This document shows positions 44,539-54,300 of a stretch of DNA of 64,000 nucleotides, piece by piece. The first letter of the stretch is position 1, and every line of letters starts with the position of its first letter. The translations under genes and the position numbers were made by a program. The stretch spans positions 1 to 64,000 of the forward strand of contig JAGMCR010000017.1 in the NCBI GenBank assembly GCA_023129115.1, read 5' to 3'. The stretch is from Candidatus Iainarchaeum sp. GTDB lineage: Archaea; B1Sed10-29; WALL01. The notes below the pieces were generated by a model that was not told the DNA's origin, did not search any database, and worked only from the letters and a program-made list of their open reading frames with translations.

Positions 44539-45440
44539 CAGATTTCCAGCCTCATAAAGTCCTTCGCGACTATGACGTTATCAAACTCTTTCTTCGCGTC
44601 CTGCAGCAATTTGTCCAATTCCTCTTCCTTGTACCTCGTCGAGAAGTGCGTGAGCACCAATTGCCTCACGTTCGCCTGGCGAGCGACCTCGCCCGCGTCC
44701 CGCGCGGTCGAGTGCGTGGCGTCCCTCGCGCGGTCACTGGCGTCCTGAGCAAAAGTCGAGTCGTGCACCAGCAAGTCCGCGCCCTCCGCAGCCTTTATCG
44801 TGGAGTCACACATCTCGGTGTCGCCCGTGTAAACAAACTTGATTCCCTTTTCCCGCGTCACGTAGTCCGCCGGCTTCAATTTCTTGCCCTTCCACTCCAC
44901 GGTCTTGCCGGCCTTCAAGTCCCCGTACAATGGCCCCGGATTAAGCCCAATCTTCCGCAGCTTTTTCTCGTCCGCGTGCAGCCGCTCCTTCTCCTGGAAC
45001 ACGTAGCCGAAGCCCGGCCGCGAGTGCTTTGTTGGAAACGCGGACACGGTGAACTCGGGCTCGTCGACAACCACTCCTTCCTTGACCTCCTCGACCACGA
45101 GCTCGAACGTCTTTTTGCCCTGCTCCACCAGCCGCATCACGTCCTCGACCAGCGTCTTGATGCCCTTTGGGCCGTAGATATAGAGCGGCTCCGTCCTCTC
45201 GCGCCAATAATTGGACTGGATAAACCCAATGAGCCCAAAGTAGTGGTCGCCGTGGAAGTGCGTGATGAACACGCGGCTAATCTTCATGGGGCTGAGCTTG
45301 GCAATCGCGAGCTGGCGCTGCGTGTTTTCCCCGCAGTCGAACAAGAACCTGTGCTCGTTGTACTGGAAATGGATTCCGGGGTGGTTCCGGTCCGGCATCG
45401 GGATTCCGCAGCTAGTGCCAAGGAATACGACTTCTGCCAT
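44538..45440 (-). CDS. rnz: Ribonuclease Z
   Basis: FLGTS..P, FDCGE, ITHFHGDH, YTGDT, HDSTF, HST and LTHFSTRY motifs. Confidence 0.96.
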   Translation of the reverse strand: MAEVVFLGTSCGIPMPDRNHPGIHFQYNEHRFLFDCGENTQRQLAIAKLSPMKISRVFITHFHGDHYFGLIGFIQSNYWRERTEPLYIYGPKGIKTLVEDVMRLVEQGKKTFELVVEEVKEGVVVDEPEFTVSAFPTKHSRPGFGYVFQEKERLHADEKKLRKIGLNPGPLYGDLKAGKTVEWKGKKLKPADYVTREKGIKFVYTGDTEMCDSTIKAAEGADLLVHDSTFAQDASDRARDATHSTARDAGEVARQANVRQLVLTHFSTRYKEEELDKLLQDAKKEFDNVIVAKDFMRLEI

Positions 45441-45479
45441 ACGATAGCTATTTATTAACTGTGTATTTAACTATGCACC

Positions 45480-46766
45480 ATGCAACAGGAATGGCTCGCA
45501 AAAAAACTCGTCAACTACACGCTCGGAATCGGGCAGAAAGAAAACACGGAAGGCCTGCGAAAGGCCGAGCGAAAATACGGCAAAAAAGTCCGCACGCTCC
45601 TCAAGAAGAAAAAAATCACTGCCACCAGGCGCAACGCCGCCATGCTCGACGAGCTCAGCAAAGTGGACTACGGCCCGCTCTTCGTAAAAAAAGGAAAGAG
45701 CTACGTCCCCAAGCCCACGGTCGGCCACTCCGTGATAATCGCGTTCAACGCGGCAAACAAAAAATATGCCGAAGCAGTCCGCCGCGAGTGCCTCCGCAAT
45801 GGGGCGCACGCCCTCATGCTCGAGCGCAGCACCAAAGCAATCCGCGAGGCCTACCAGCTCTCGCCCATGGGCGCAATCCGCGAGCTCTCGCCAATCAGCG
45901 CCGCCCTCCACTCGACAGCCGACTACTACATCAACCTCGAGGCCATCGAGAACGAGTTCTGGAAAAAAGGAATCAATCCAGCCAAGTTCATGGCCGCAGC
46001 GCCGTCCAGCATGAAGCTCCACGAAATCCGGGACAAGCGCATGCAGCGCTGGTGCTACGTTGGCTGGCCCCACCCCCAAATCGCGAAAGAGCTGGGGTTG
46101 CCCGCAGCCAAGTTCAAAAGAATAGTCGACGGCTCCATCGAAGAGTCCTTCACGCCGCGCATGAAAAAGCTCGTCGACGGCTACTACCACGCCCTCAAGG
46201 GCTCCAGCAAAATCCACATCGTCCACGACGACGGCACTGACCTAAAGTTCTCGGTGCGCGGCCGCCGCTTCATGCGCGACGACGCAGTCCTCGGCGCCGA
46301 GGACATCCGCAACAAGGACGTGGGCATGAACATTCCCGGCGGGGAAATCTTCACCGCGCCACACGAGTACAGCGCTAACGGCATACTCAAAATCCCGAAG
46401 AACATAATCCCCGGCCACGGCCTCGCCGAGGGAATCGAGCTCTTCTTCGAGAAGGGGAACGTCGTCGACTACGGCGCCAGAAGGCACCGCGACTACCTGA
46501 CAAAGTTCTTCGCCGAGAACACGGGAGAGTGCCGCCGCATCGCGGAGCTCGGCATCGGCTGCAACTCAAGGGCTGACTTCACGAACGGCTACATCATCGT
46601 GGACGAAAAAATCAAGGGCACCCTCCACATCGCAATCGGGTGGAACATCGGGTACGGCGGCAAGAACAACGCGTCGTCGCACCTCGACTTCATCAAGCCC
46701 ATGTACAAGGGAAGCCTCTACGCGGACGGCGCCTTGGTCATGGACAAGGGAAAGCTGGTGGCGTGA
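45480..46766 (+). CDS. Aminopeptidase, M29 (aminopeptidase II/T) family
   Basis: NIPGGEIFTAP, AELGIG, DEKIKGTLHIAIG and SHLDFI motifs. Confidence 0.88.
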   Translation: MQQEWLAKKLVNYTLGIGQKENTEGLRKAERKYGKKVRTLLKKKKITATRRNAAMLDELSKVDYGPLFVKKGKSYVPKPTVGHSVIIAFNAANKKYAEAVRRECLRNGAHALMLERSTKAIREAYQLSPMGAIRELSPISAALHSTADYYINLEAIENEFWKKGINPAKFMAAAPSSMKLHEIRDKRMQRWCYVGWPHPQIAKELGLPAAKFKRIVDGSIEESFTPRMKKLVDGYYHALKGSSKIHIVHDDGTDLKFSVRGRRFMRDDAVLGAEDIRNKDVGMNIPGGEIFTAPHEYSANGILKIPKNIIPGHGLAEGIELFFEKGNVVDYGARRHRDYLTKFFAENTGECRRIAELGIGCNSRADFTNGYIIVDEKIKGTLHIAIGWNIGYGGKNNASSHLDFIKPMYKGSLYADGALVMDKGKLVA

Positions 46767-48112
46767 TGCTCGACACTCTCGAGAAGGCAGTCACTTCCAA
46801 GGCGGACTTCGTCGAGATAGGCGCCTCAATAGGCCACATGACCCGGCTCCACCTGCGCGAGAAGGAGGTCGAGACAGTCTCGTCCGGCTCCGCGTCCGGC
46901 TTCGGGGTCCGCGCGCTCTACAAGGGCGCGTGGGGGTTCGCCTACACGTCCGACGAAAAGAAATTGTGGGAGACAGTGGAGCGCGCGGTCAAGCTCTCCC
47001 GCGCCTCTTCCCGCAAGCCCATCGGCGCGTCCCTCGCAGGCAAGAGCGACGCCCGCGACAGCACCAGAGTCAAGGTAAAGAAGCACCCCCAGGACTTCAG
47101 CCTCGACGAGAAAGTCAAGCTCTGCCTCGAGCTCGCCGGCGACAGGCCCAAGGGCATAACGGCCCGCGACCTAGAGTACGCCGACGGCTGGGGCGAGGGC
47201 TACTACGTCAACAGCGAGGGCGCGGCACTCGAGTACTTCCCGGTGCGCTCGTTCCTCGCGGTCTCCGCCTACTCAAAGAAAAACGGCGAGCTGCTGAAGG
47301 CCAAGGACGCGGCCGCCGGCCTTAAAGGGGTCGAGCTCCTGGACGGCAAGCACGCCATGGTAAAAAAAGTCTTTGACAAGGCCCTGCTCCTCCAGAAGGC
47401 CACGCTCCCGCCGAAGGGAAAGACGCGGGTCGTCATCGACTCCGAGCTGGCTGGGGTCTTCGCCCACGAAATGGTGGGCCACGCCGCCGAGGGCGACACC
47501 ATCGCCAACGGCAAGAGCATCCTCGGCGGAAAGCTCGGCCGGCTCCTCGGCTCGAGGCACGTCAGCATCTCGGACGACCCCACGCTCCCCAGGCTATTCG
47601 GCTCGTACCCGTACGACGCCGAGGGCATCAAAGCCCAAAAAACCAGGATTGTCGAGCGCGGCCGCATAACAAACTTCCTCAACTCCCGCGAGTCGGCGTC
47701 ACGCCTCAAGACCGAGTCGACCGGCAATTCCCGCGCAGAGTCCACGGGGCACTTCCCCATCGTGCGCATGAGCAACACGTTCTTCGAGCCGGGCGACCGC
47801 TCCGACGACGAGCTCTTCGAGGGCGTGAACGGAATCTATGCCCTCGGAACGAAGGGCGGCGTGACCGAGCCCCACACGGGGTACTTCCAGTTCGCTGCCG
47901 AGTACGGCTGGCTCGTCAAGAACGGCGAGAAGACCAAGCCGCTCCGCGACATCACGCTCGTCGGCCACTTGGTCAACACCCTGCGCAACGTCGAGGCCTG
48001 CGGCAAGAAGTCCAGGCTCGGCCACCCCGGCTTCTGCGGCAAGGCCGGCCAGAACCTCCCGGTGAGCGACGGCGGGCCGCACATAAGAATCAAGGGGGTG
48101 CTCGTCGGGTGA
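46766..48112 (+). CDS. tldD: TldD metalloprotease
   Basis: AHEMVGH, YDAEG, STGNSRA, VRMSNT and FCGKAGQ motifs. Confidence 0.92.
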   Translation: MLDTLEKAVTSKADFVEIGASIGHMTRLHLREKEVETVSSGSASGFGVRALYKGAWGFAYTSDEKKLWETVERAVKLSRASSRKPIGASLAGKSDARDSTRVKVKKHPQDFSLDEKVKLCLELAGDRPKGITARDLEYADGWGEGYYVNSEGAALEYFPVRSFLAVSAYSKKNGELLKAKDAAAGLKGVELLDGKHAMVKKVFDKALLLQKATLPPKGKTRVVIDSELAGVFAHEMVGHAAEGDTIANGKSILGGKLGRLLGSRHVSISDDPTLPRLFGSYPYDAEGIKAQKTRIVERGRITNFLNSRESASRLKTESTGNSRAESTGHFPIVRMSNTFFEPGDRSDDELFEGVNGIYALGTKGGVTEPHTGYFQFAAEYGWLVKNGEKTKPLRDITLVGHLVNTLRNVEACGKKSRLGHPGFCGKAGQNLPVSDGGPHIRIKGVLVG

Positions 48113-49347
48113 TTGACCCCATTCTCGCCAAGGCCGCGAAGAAATGCGACCAGGCAGAGCTCTACTACGCGGAGTCCCACTCGCTCCTGAGCCGCAGCTC
48201 GCTCGACAAGCTCGAGGCGTGCAAGTCCGCCGAGGACCGCGGGTTCGGCCTCCGTGTCGTGTGCGGCGGCCGCATCGGCCACTCATTCTTCAGCCGGGAA
48301 GAGGACGCGGACCGCGCCATCTCGGGCGCAGTCAAGTCGGCAAAGCTCTCGCACACCGAGGGCTATTCCCTTCCCGGCAAGGCAAGCTACCACAAAAGAA
48401 AATGCTTCGACCCCAAGCTAAAAGCACTTGACGAGGAAAAGCTGGTTGACATGGTCCTGGCCTCTATGGACGCGACCGCGGAAAGCGCCGACCCAATCCA
48501 GGCCGAGGTCGAGGCGCGCTACGGCACGGTGGAAATAGCCAGCACCGAGGGCGTCTACGCAAAGGACACGGAGTCACTGTTCTCGCTCTACTGCGTCGGC
48601 AAGAAAAAGGAGAGCATGGGCGACGAGTCCTTTTCCTCAAGGAAGCTCACCGACTGCGCCGTGAGGGTAGGGCGCGTCGCGGGCGAGCTGGCCGAGCAGG
48701 GCGTGGGCGCCTCCCCCGTGGACTACGAGGGGACGGTCACCCTGCACCAGGACGTCATCGGCTCGTTCTTCGGCGAGTCAGTCGTCCGAAACCTCAACGG
48801 CGAGCTCGCGAGGCGCGGCAAGGCAAAGTGGGCGGACAGGCTCGGCAAGAAAGTCACCGGCGACTTTACGCTCACCGACGACCCCACCATCGACTGGGGA
48901 ATCGGCACCATGCCGTTCGACGACGAAGGCGTCCCGACGACAAAGAAGGACATGATAAAAAACGGCGTGCTGAAGCAGTTTTATTACGACACGCGCACCG
49001 CGAACCTCGCTGGCGCGAAGGCCACGGGCAACGGCTTCCGCGGTGGGCCAGTGTCGCCGCCCACCATCAGCATGACGAACGTCGTAATCTCTCCGGAGTC
49101 CCGCGGGAGCGGCGGCGGCATGTTCGTTCGCGACCTGATGGGCTACCACAACATGAACCCCGTGACGGGCGACTTCTCGCTCGACATCACACACGCAATC
49201 CTGAACGAAAAGCCGGTGCGGGGCTGCGTGCTGACCGGCAATGTCTTCGAAATGCTCGAGAAGGGCGAGTGGAACGGCCCGACCGAGACGCGGGCATGGC
49301 TGACCTCGCCGCAGCTCTCGTTCGAGGCAAAAGTGGTGGGGAAATGA
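48109..49347 (+). CDS. pmbA: PmbA/TldE family protein
   Basis: PFDDEGVP, TGNG and NPVTGDFS motifs; no HExxxH. Confidence 0.88.
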   Translation: MIDPILAKAAKKCDQAELYYAESHSLLSRSSLDKLEACKSAEDRGFGLRVVCGGRIGHSFFSREEDADRAISGAVKSAKLSHTEGYSLPGKASYHKRKCFDPKLKALDEEKLVDMVLASMDATAESADPIQAEVEARYGTVEIASTEGVYAKDTESLFSLYCVGKKKESMGDESFSSRKLTDCAVRVGRVAGELAEQGVGASPVDYEGTVTLHQDVIGSFFGESVVRNLNGELARRGKAKWADRLGKKVTGDFTLTDDPTIDWGIGTMPFDDEGVPTTKKDMIKNGVLKQFYYDTRTANLAGAKATGNGFRGGPVSPPTISMTNVVISPESRGSGGGMFVRDLMGYHNMNPVTGDFSLDITHAILNEKPVRGCVLTGNVFEMLEKGEWNGPTETRAWLTSPQLSFEAKVVGK

Positions 49348-49718
49348 AGTGGAAAAAAGAACCTGATGTCCAGGCCATGATGGAGCGCCTCGTCGCAGAG
49401 GCAGGGCTTTCCCACGTCCGCCCGAACCGCGTGTTCTGCGTGCGGGGCGAGGGGTCGAAGAGCCGCGCGGTCGCGCGCATCTGGTCACTGCCACGCGTGT
49501 TCCAGCAGTGCCTCGAAATCGAGGCCGCCTACGTAATCGAGGTAATGGACAAGAAGTGGGACCGCCTCTCGGACGAAGAAAAGGAAAAGACAATAATCCA
49601 CGAATTGCTCCACATTCCCAAAACGTTTTCGGGCGCACTGGTGCCGCACAGCTGCTTCGGCAAGCGCATGGTCGGCGCGAGGCAGGTCGAGAAAATCTGG
49701 AAAAAGATGAAGGAGTAG
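49344..49718 (+). CDS. Putative small zinc metallopeptidase
   Basis: ARIWSLP, YVIEV and IHELLHIP..FSGAL motifs. Confidence 0.82.
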   Translation: MKWKKEPDVQAMMERLVAEAGLSHVRPNRVFCVRGEGSKSRAVARIWSLPRVFQQCLEIEAAYVIEVMDKKWDRLSDEEKEKTIIHELLHIPKTFSGALVPHSCFGKRMVGARQVEKIWKKMKE

Positions 49719-49734
49719 CGTGCTAAAAAGTGAA

Positions 49735-50061
49735 TCAAGTCCGTACCTGCGCAGCCACTTTTTCCTTGTTTGCTTCCAGGGCATGCATCATTATGCCGAG
49801 CTGCAATTGTTTCAACTTTTTCACGAGCGGGTTTTTCCTGTTGATTGAGTACATCTTTGCCCTTCCTATTGTCCGTGTTTGCTTCACTAACTCGTATCCC
49901 TCGAGAATTGGCCACACATCGTAAACAGTTTTGTAGGCTACCCCTGAGTGTTTTGCTATCTCCGATTTGCTATAGTCATGGGTGTCGTGGATTAGCAAGA
50001 AGTCCAAAACCCCCGAGATTGCGTTGTTGAATATTTCAACCAGCCCATTCTTTTTTTCCAT
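49735..50061 (-). CDS. Winged-helix DNA-binding protein
   Basis: DYSKSEIAKHSGVAYKTV HTH and TRTIGRAKMY wing. Confidence 0.8.
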   Translation of the reverse strand: MEKKNGLVEIFNNAISGVLDFLLIHDTHDYSKSEIAKHSGVAYKTVYDVWPILEGYELVKQTRTIGRAKMYSINRKNPLVKKLKQLQLGIMMHALEANKEKVAAQVRT

Positions 50062-50087
50062 GGCCTTACTGTCCACGATATAGTATA

Positions 50088-50130
50088 AAAAACTATCTTT
50101 GTATATATAAAATATTATACGATAGTCTTT
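50088..50130. promoter_or_regulatory. AT-rich imperfect palindrome between divergent wHTH genes
   Basis: AAAAACTATC..GTATA..TATAC GATAGTCTTT. Confidence 0.45.
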
Positions 50131-50185
50131 ATAAACTCTAACTGACACAATCCACAATGCTATGGGGGGGAGGGACAGTGGCCTA

Positions 50186-50437
50186 ATGGCACAATTGCTA
50201 GAGAAAATGATTTATCACGGCTGGATAGGGGGAAAGCACACTTCGGCGGACAACCTCCCAAAAAGCTTTCCCAGACATGCGCGTGACAAAGTGAAGAAGG
50301 CATTGAAGCAATTGGTTGGTTTGGGGTTTATTGTTGTTAAGCCAACAAGTTACGGCAAAGAACTATCAATAAACCCCAGAGCAGTGAAGGAAATAAAACA
50401 GTTCATCCTTGAGCAAAGGAAAGAATATTTAAAATGA
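50186..50437 (+). CDS. Small winged-helix-like hypothetical protein
   Basis: IGGKHTS..NLPKSFP and KALKQLV..GFIVVKPTSYG; low GC. Confidence 0.7.
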   Translation: MAQLLEKMIYHGWIGGKHTSADNLPKSFPRHARDKVKKALKQLVGLGFIVVKPTSYGKELSINPRAVKEIKQFILEQRKEYLK

Positions 50438-51355
50438 GCATACGTGTATATACCTGCGCATTGACCTGTGCACGTACATCTCAAACCGCTGTTTTATTTT
50501 CCACCCCGCCTTCTTCAGCAGCGGCCGCAGGTCGCCGTGCGCCATCACGACAAGGACCTTTGAGTGCTTCTTCATCTTCCTGAACGCCTCGAGGTAAAGC
50601 TCGCCCCTCTCCCTCCCGAACAAGCCCGAGCTCTTCCCATACGGAAGGTCAGTGACTATCGCGTCGAACTCCCCGCCCCCCCACTCCAGGAAGTCCGCGT
50701 TGTCGACCTTGATTTTCTTTTCCATCCTGTAGAACCACGCGTTCTCCCTCGCGCCCTCTGCGTACTCCTCGCTGATTTCGACGCCCCTCGCCGACAAGCC
50801 CATGTCCGCGGCCTCCAAAAGAATTCCGCCGATGCCGCAGAACGGATCCAGGATTTTTCCCTTCCTAACACCAGTCAAATTAACCAGCAGCCGCCCGTAC
50901 TTTGGCTGGAGGCTCGTCGGGTGGAACACGAGCCTGGCGTTCACGTCCCGCGGGGCAAGCCCTTTCGCCGAGTGCTCGTACACTTGCTCCGTGGCCCAGT
51001 ACTTCTTGCCGTCCGTGAACACGCGGAGCACTGTCTTGGGCTTATCGAGCCTGACCTTCCCCTTGACCCGCGCTGCCACGGAGTTAATAATCGCGGAGCT
51101 GCTTTCCTTGCCGGCCACGCGGCTGACGCGGACGGCAAAGGATTTATAAGCAGGAAGCCTTAATCTTTCGCAGTTGCTTGCTTCAGCCACCAGCTTTCCC
51201 GCGAATCGCGTCATGACGAGCCGCCCCAGGGTTTTGGCGTCGCCGTCGACAAGCAGGAGCTCGCTGTGCAGTGCCTTGGCTTTCGGGAAGAGCGCTTCCG
51301 CCTCTGCCCGCGCGAGCGCAGGGTCCTGCCGCGACAGCTGGAGCACAAGCTTCAT
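50429..51355 (-). CDS. trm11: tRNA m2G10 methyltransferase (Trm11/TrmG10, THUMP plus MTase)
   Basis: FHPTSL.P, LDPFCGIGG, TDLPYG and YVHRSMRR motifs. Confidence 0.88.
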   Translation of the reverse strand: MKLVLQLSRQDPALARAEAEALFPKAKALHSELLLVDGDAKTLGRLVMTRFAGKLVAEASNCERLRLPAYKSFAVRVSRVAGKESSSAIINSVAARVKGKVRLDKPKTVLRVFTDGKKYWATEQVYEHSAKGLAPRDVNARLVFHPTSLQPKYGRLLVNLTGVRKGKILDPFCGIGGILLEAADMGLSARGVEISEEYAEGARENAWFYRMEKKIKVDNADFLEWGGGEFDAIVTDLPYGKSSGLFGRERGELYLEAFRKMKKHSKVLVVMAHGDLRPLLKKAGWKIKQRFEMYVHRSMRRYIHVCSF

Positions 51356-51389
51356 TGGCTGAAGCTATGCCCCCAGGGAGTATTAAAGC

Positions 51390-54300
51390 ATGCCGAAGAA
51401 AAGAGTGGCAAAGAAGAAACCGGTGAAGAAGAAAGCCGCGGCAAAGAAAAAAGCTCGGGGGGCGCCCACGGCAAAGCCGGCGGCGCCCCCCAAAGCAGCG
51501 AAGCCGCGGGCAAAGCCTTTGACGAAGACCACACAGTCCCTCCCCATCACCATCAAGTCCACGGCCGAAATCAAAATCCCTGCCAAGACAGTGGATCAGG
51601 TCCTCGGCCAGGAAAAGGGCGTCGAGATAGTCAAGAAGGCTGCGCGCCAGCGGCGCAACGTCTTCCTCCTCGGCGAGCCTGGCACTGGCAAGTGCGTCGC
51701 CCCGGAAACCTTAATAACACTTGCCGGTGGGGAAGTACTGCCTGCAGAGTCTGTGTTCAATCGAGCAAAAACAAATGGCATTATCGTTACACAGGATTCA
51801 GACAGAACATTACTTTCTGACACGGGCTTAAGGACGTTATCCATTAACAGGAAAAACGTAAAATTAACAGAGGAAGACGTGCTCTATGCAGCAAGGTTCA
51901 AGAATCTAAAGCAATTATTCAGAATCAAGACTTCTCTTGGTTCTGAGGTAACTCTTACGGATAATCATCCATTGCTCACTATAACAAAAAGGGGTGAGTT
52001 GAAGTGGGTGCCTGCCAAGGATTTGTCAAAGGGGGGTAGGATAGCTAGTGCGAGAAGCGTCACATTCCCGGAGATAACTGACATAGATTTCATTGACGAC
52101 CTTGATGGAGACATTACCTTATGCATACTGGATAGAGAGTTCGGTCTAGAGGAGGCAAAGAAGAAAAAAGTATCTTATGACAAGATAAGCCACATCAGAT
52201 ACAAAACAAGTGTTACTGATTCCTCCTCAAAAAAAGTCAAGGTGGTGGGCAACTGGAGCGAGGAACTAGGCAGATTCTTAGCGTATATGCTTTCAGAGAC
52301 GTCTATAACAAGGGATAGGAACATTATTTTCACAAACAACGACAAAGCAGCAGTAACAGACTTCGCGTTTTTGGCTCACTCACTCTTTGGAATTAGATTC
52401 AACGTAGCGAAGAGGAAAGAGCATTGGTATGCTCAAGCCAGTTCTTCATCACTTTGCCGTTTTTTGAACCAAGTCTTTGACGTAGCGTTATCCTCTCCCA
52501 ACAGGTCTCACATCACAAAATTCCCGCGCCGGATGTTGTCCGCACCACTGCCAGTCCTTGCCGCGTTCATAAGGACTTACTATGATATGGAAGGCCATGT
52601 GCAAAAGCCGCGCAGGCGGTGTATGGAACTCTGTAGTGGAAGTAAAGAATTTACCAGGGTTATGCAGATTGCACTGCTAAGGTTTGGCATAATATCGAGA
52701 TTAAAGACAAGATACAATGCTGCTACAAATACCAAGGGCAAGAAAAGGAGAAAATATTATTACCTTTTCATATTCGGCGCTGAAAATCTAAGGAAGTTCA
52801 GGGGTTCCATTGGTCTCCACAGCGGTAGGAAGAGAGAACGCCTTGAAAGGTCTATTGTTATAAAGCCCAATCCAAATTTGGATGTAGTCCCCAATATTTT
52901 CGAGGACTTAAAGTTTTTGAAGGAAAAACTAGAGTTCAAGAATACTGACGTGACAGATTACCCTGCTACATTTTCTCGTTATGTCCATGGAAAAAGAGAG
53001 CCTAGTAGGAGGGGGCTTGCCGATATAACTGAAAAAATTGCTAACGTGTACTTAAGCAAGCAGAAAGTGGCAGGAGTCTATGATGAGGAAGTAGAAGACA
53101 CAATCATAAAGTTGTCCTGTCTTACAGATTCTGATATATACTGGGACAAGATTGAGAGCATAACAAAAACCAAAAGTAGCGATTATGTCTATGATTTCAC
53201 GGTTCCAACAAACCACAGTTTCTTGGCTGGCAATATCCTGCTGCATAACTCCATGCTTGGCCTCGCGATGGCCGAGCTCCTGCCGGTGAGCAAGCTGCAG
53301 GACGTCCTTGTCTACCCCAATCTTGGCGACCCGAACCAGCCAAAAATAAAAACCGTCAAGGCCGGCAAGGGCCTAAAAATTGTCGAGGAAGAGACCAAGA
53401 AGGCCATGGAGGGCGGCAGCTCCAAGCAGATGGCCGGCTTCATCGCGTTCCTCTTCCTCTTGTCAATCCCGTGGGTATTGCTCTGGCTTGGGTGGCTCAG
53501 CGAGCTGCTCGCCGCGGCGTGCCTCATCGTGGCGGGCATGCTCGGAATCGGCGTAGTCATCGGGATGCAGATGCGGCCCCGCACAGACAACACGGCGCCA
53601 AAGCTCCTGGTGGACAACTCCCGCCAGAAGCACGCGCCTTTCATCGAGGCGACTGGCGCCAAGGCCGGCGCGCTCTTGGGCGACGTGAAGCACGATCCGC
53701 TCCAGTCCGGCGGCCTCGGCACTCCCGCCCACCTCCGGGTCATCGCGGGCATGATCCACCGCTCGCACCTCGGCGTATTGTTCATCGACGAAATTGGCAC
53801 GTTGTCAGCAAAGTCCCAGCAGGAATTATTGACCGCGATGCAGGAGAGGAAGTTCTCAATCACCGGGCAGAGCGAAATGTCGTCAGGAGCAATGGTGCAC
53901 ACTTCGCCCGCGCCGTGCAATTTCGTGCTCGTCGCCGCGGGCAACCTGCTCGACCTGAAGAACATGCACCCCGCATTGCGGAGCCGCATCCGCGGCTACG
54001 GCTATGAGATCTACCTGAACGAGAAGATGCCGGACACTCCGGAGAACCGCGTGAAAATCGCGCAGTTCATCGCGCAGGAAGTCCAAAAGGACGGCAAAAT
54101 CCCGCACTTCTCGCGTGCGGGCGTCGAGGCCGTCATCCGCGAGGCGCAGAAGCGCGCTGGGAGGAAGGGCAAGCTGACCGTGAAGCTCCGCGAGCTCGGT
54201 GGGCTCGTCCGGGCCGCGGGCGACATCGCTCGCGCAGACGGCTCTGCGCTCGTCGAGCCGAAGCACATCAAGGCCGCGAAGAAACTGGCGCGCACGATGG

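Larger units (their letters stand above)
44311..44586 (-). repeat. 113-bp tandem repeat (two units plus the rnz 3' end) with perfect hairpins
   Basis: Units start at 44311, 44424 and 44537; GGGGGGTGCC-ATTC-GGCACCCCCC at 44390-44413 and 44503-44526. Confidence 0.95.

Noticed and set aside
44311-44586. CRISPR array
   Set aside because: The 'spacers' are near-identical rather than unique, the unit is 113 bp, part of it is rnz coding sequence, and there are no cas genes.
44311-44586. DGR template/variable repeat pair
   Set aside because: Differences are synonymous and not adenine-specific, and no reverse transcriptase is in the window; only the hairpin is DGR-like.
44395-45458. Plus-strand ORFs both starting MPFGTPQRQAS
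   Set aside because: Antisense shadows of the tandem repeat and of rnz.
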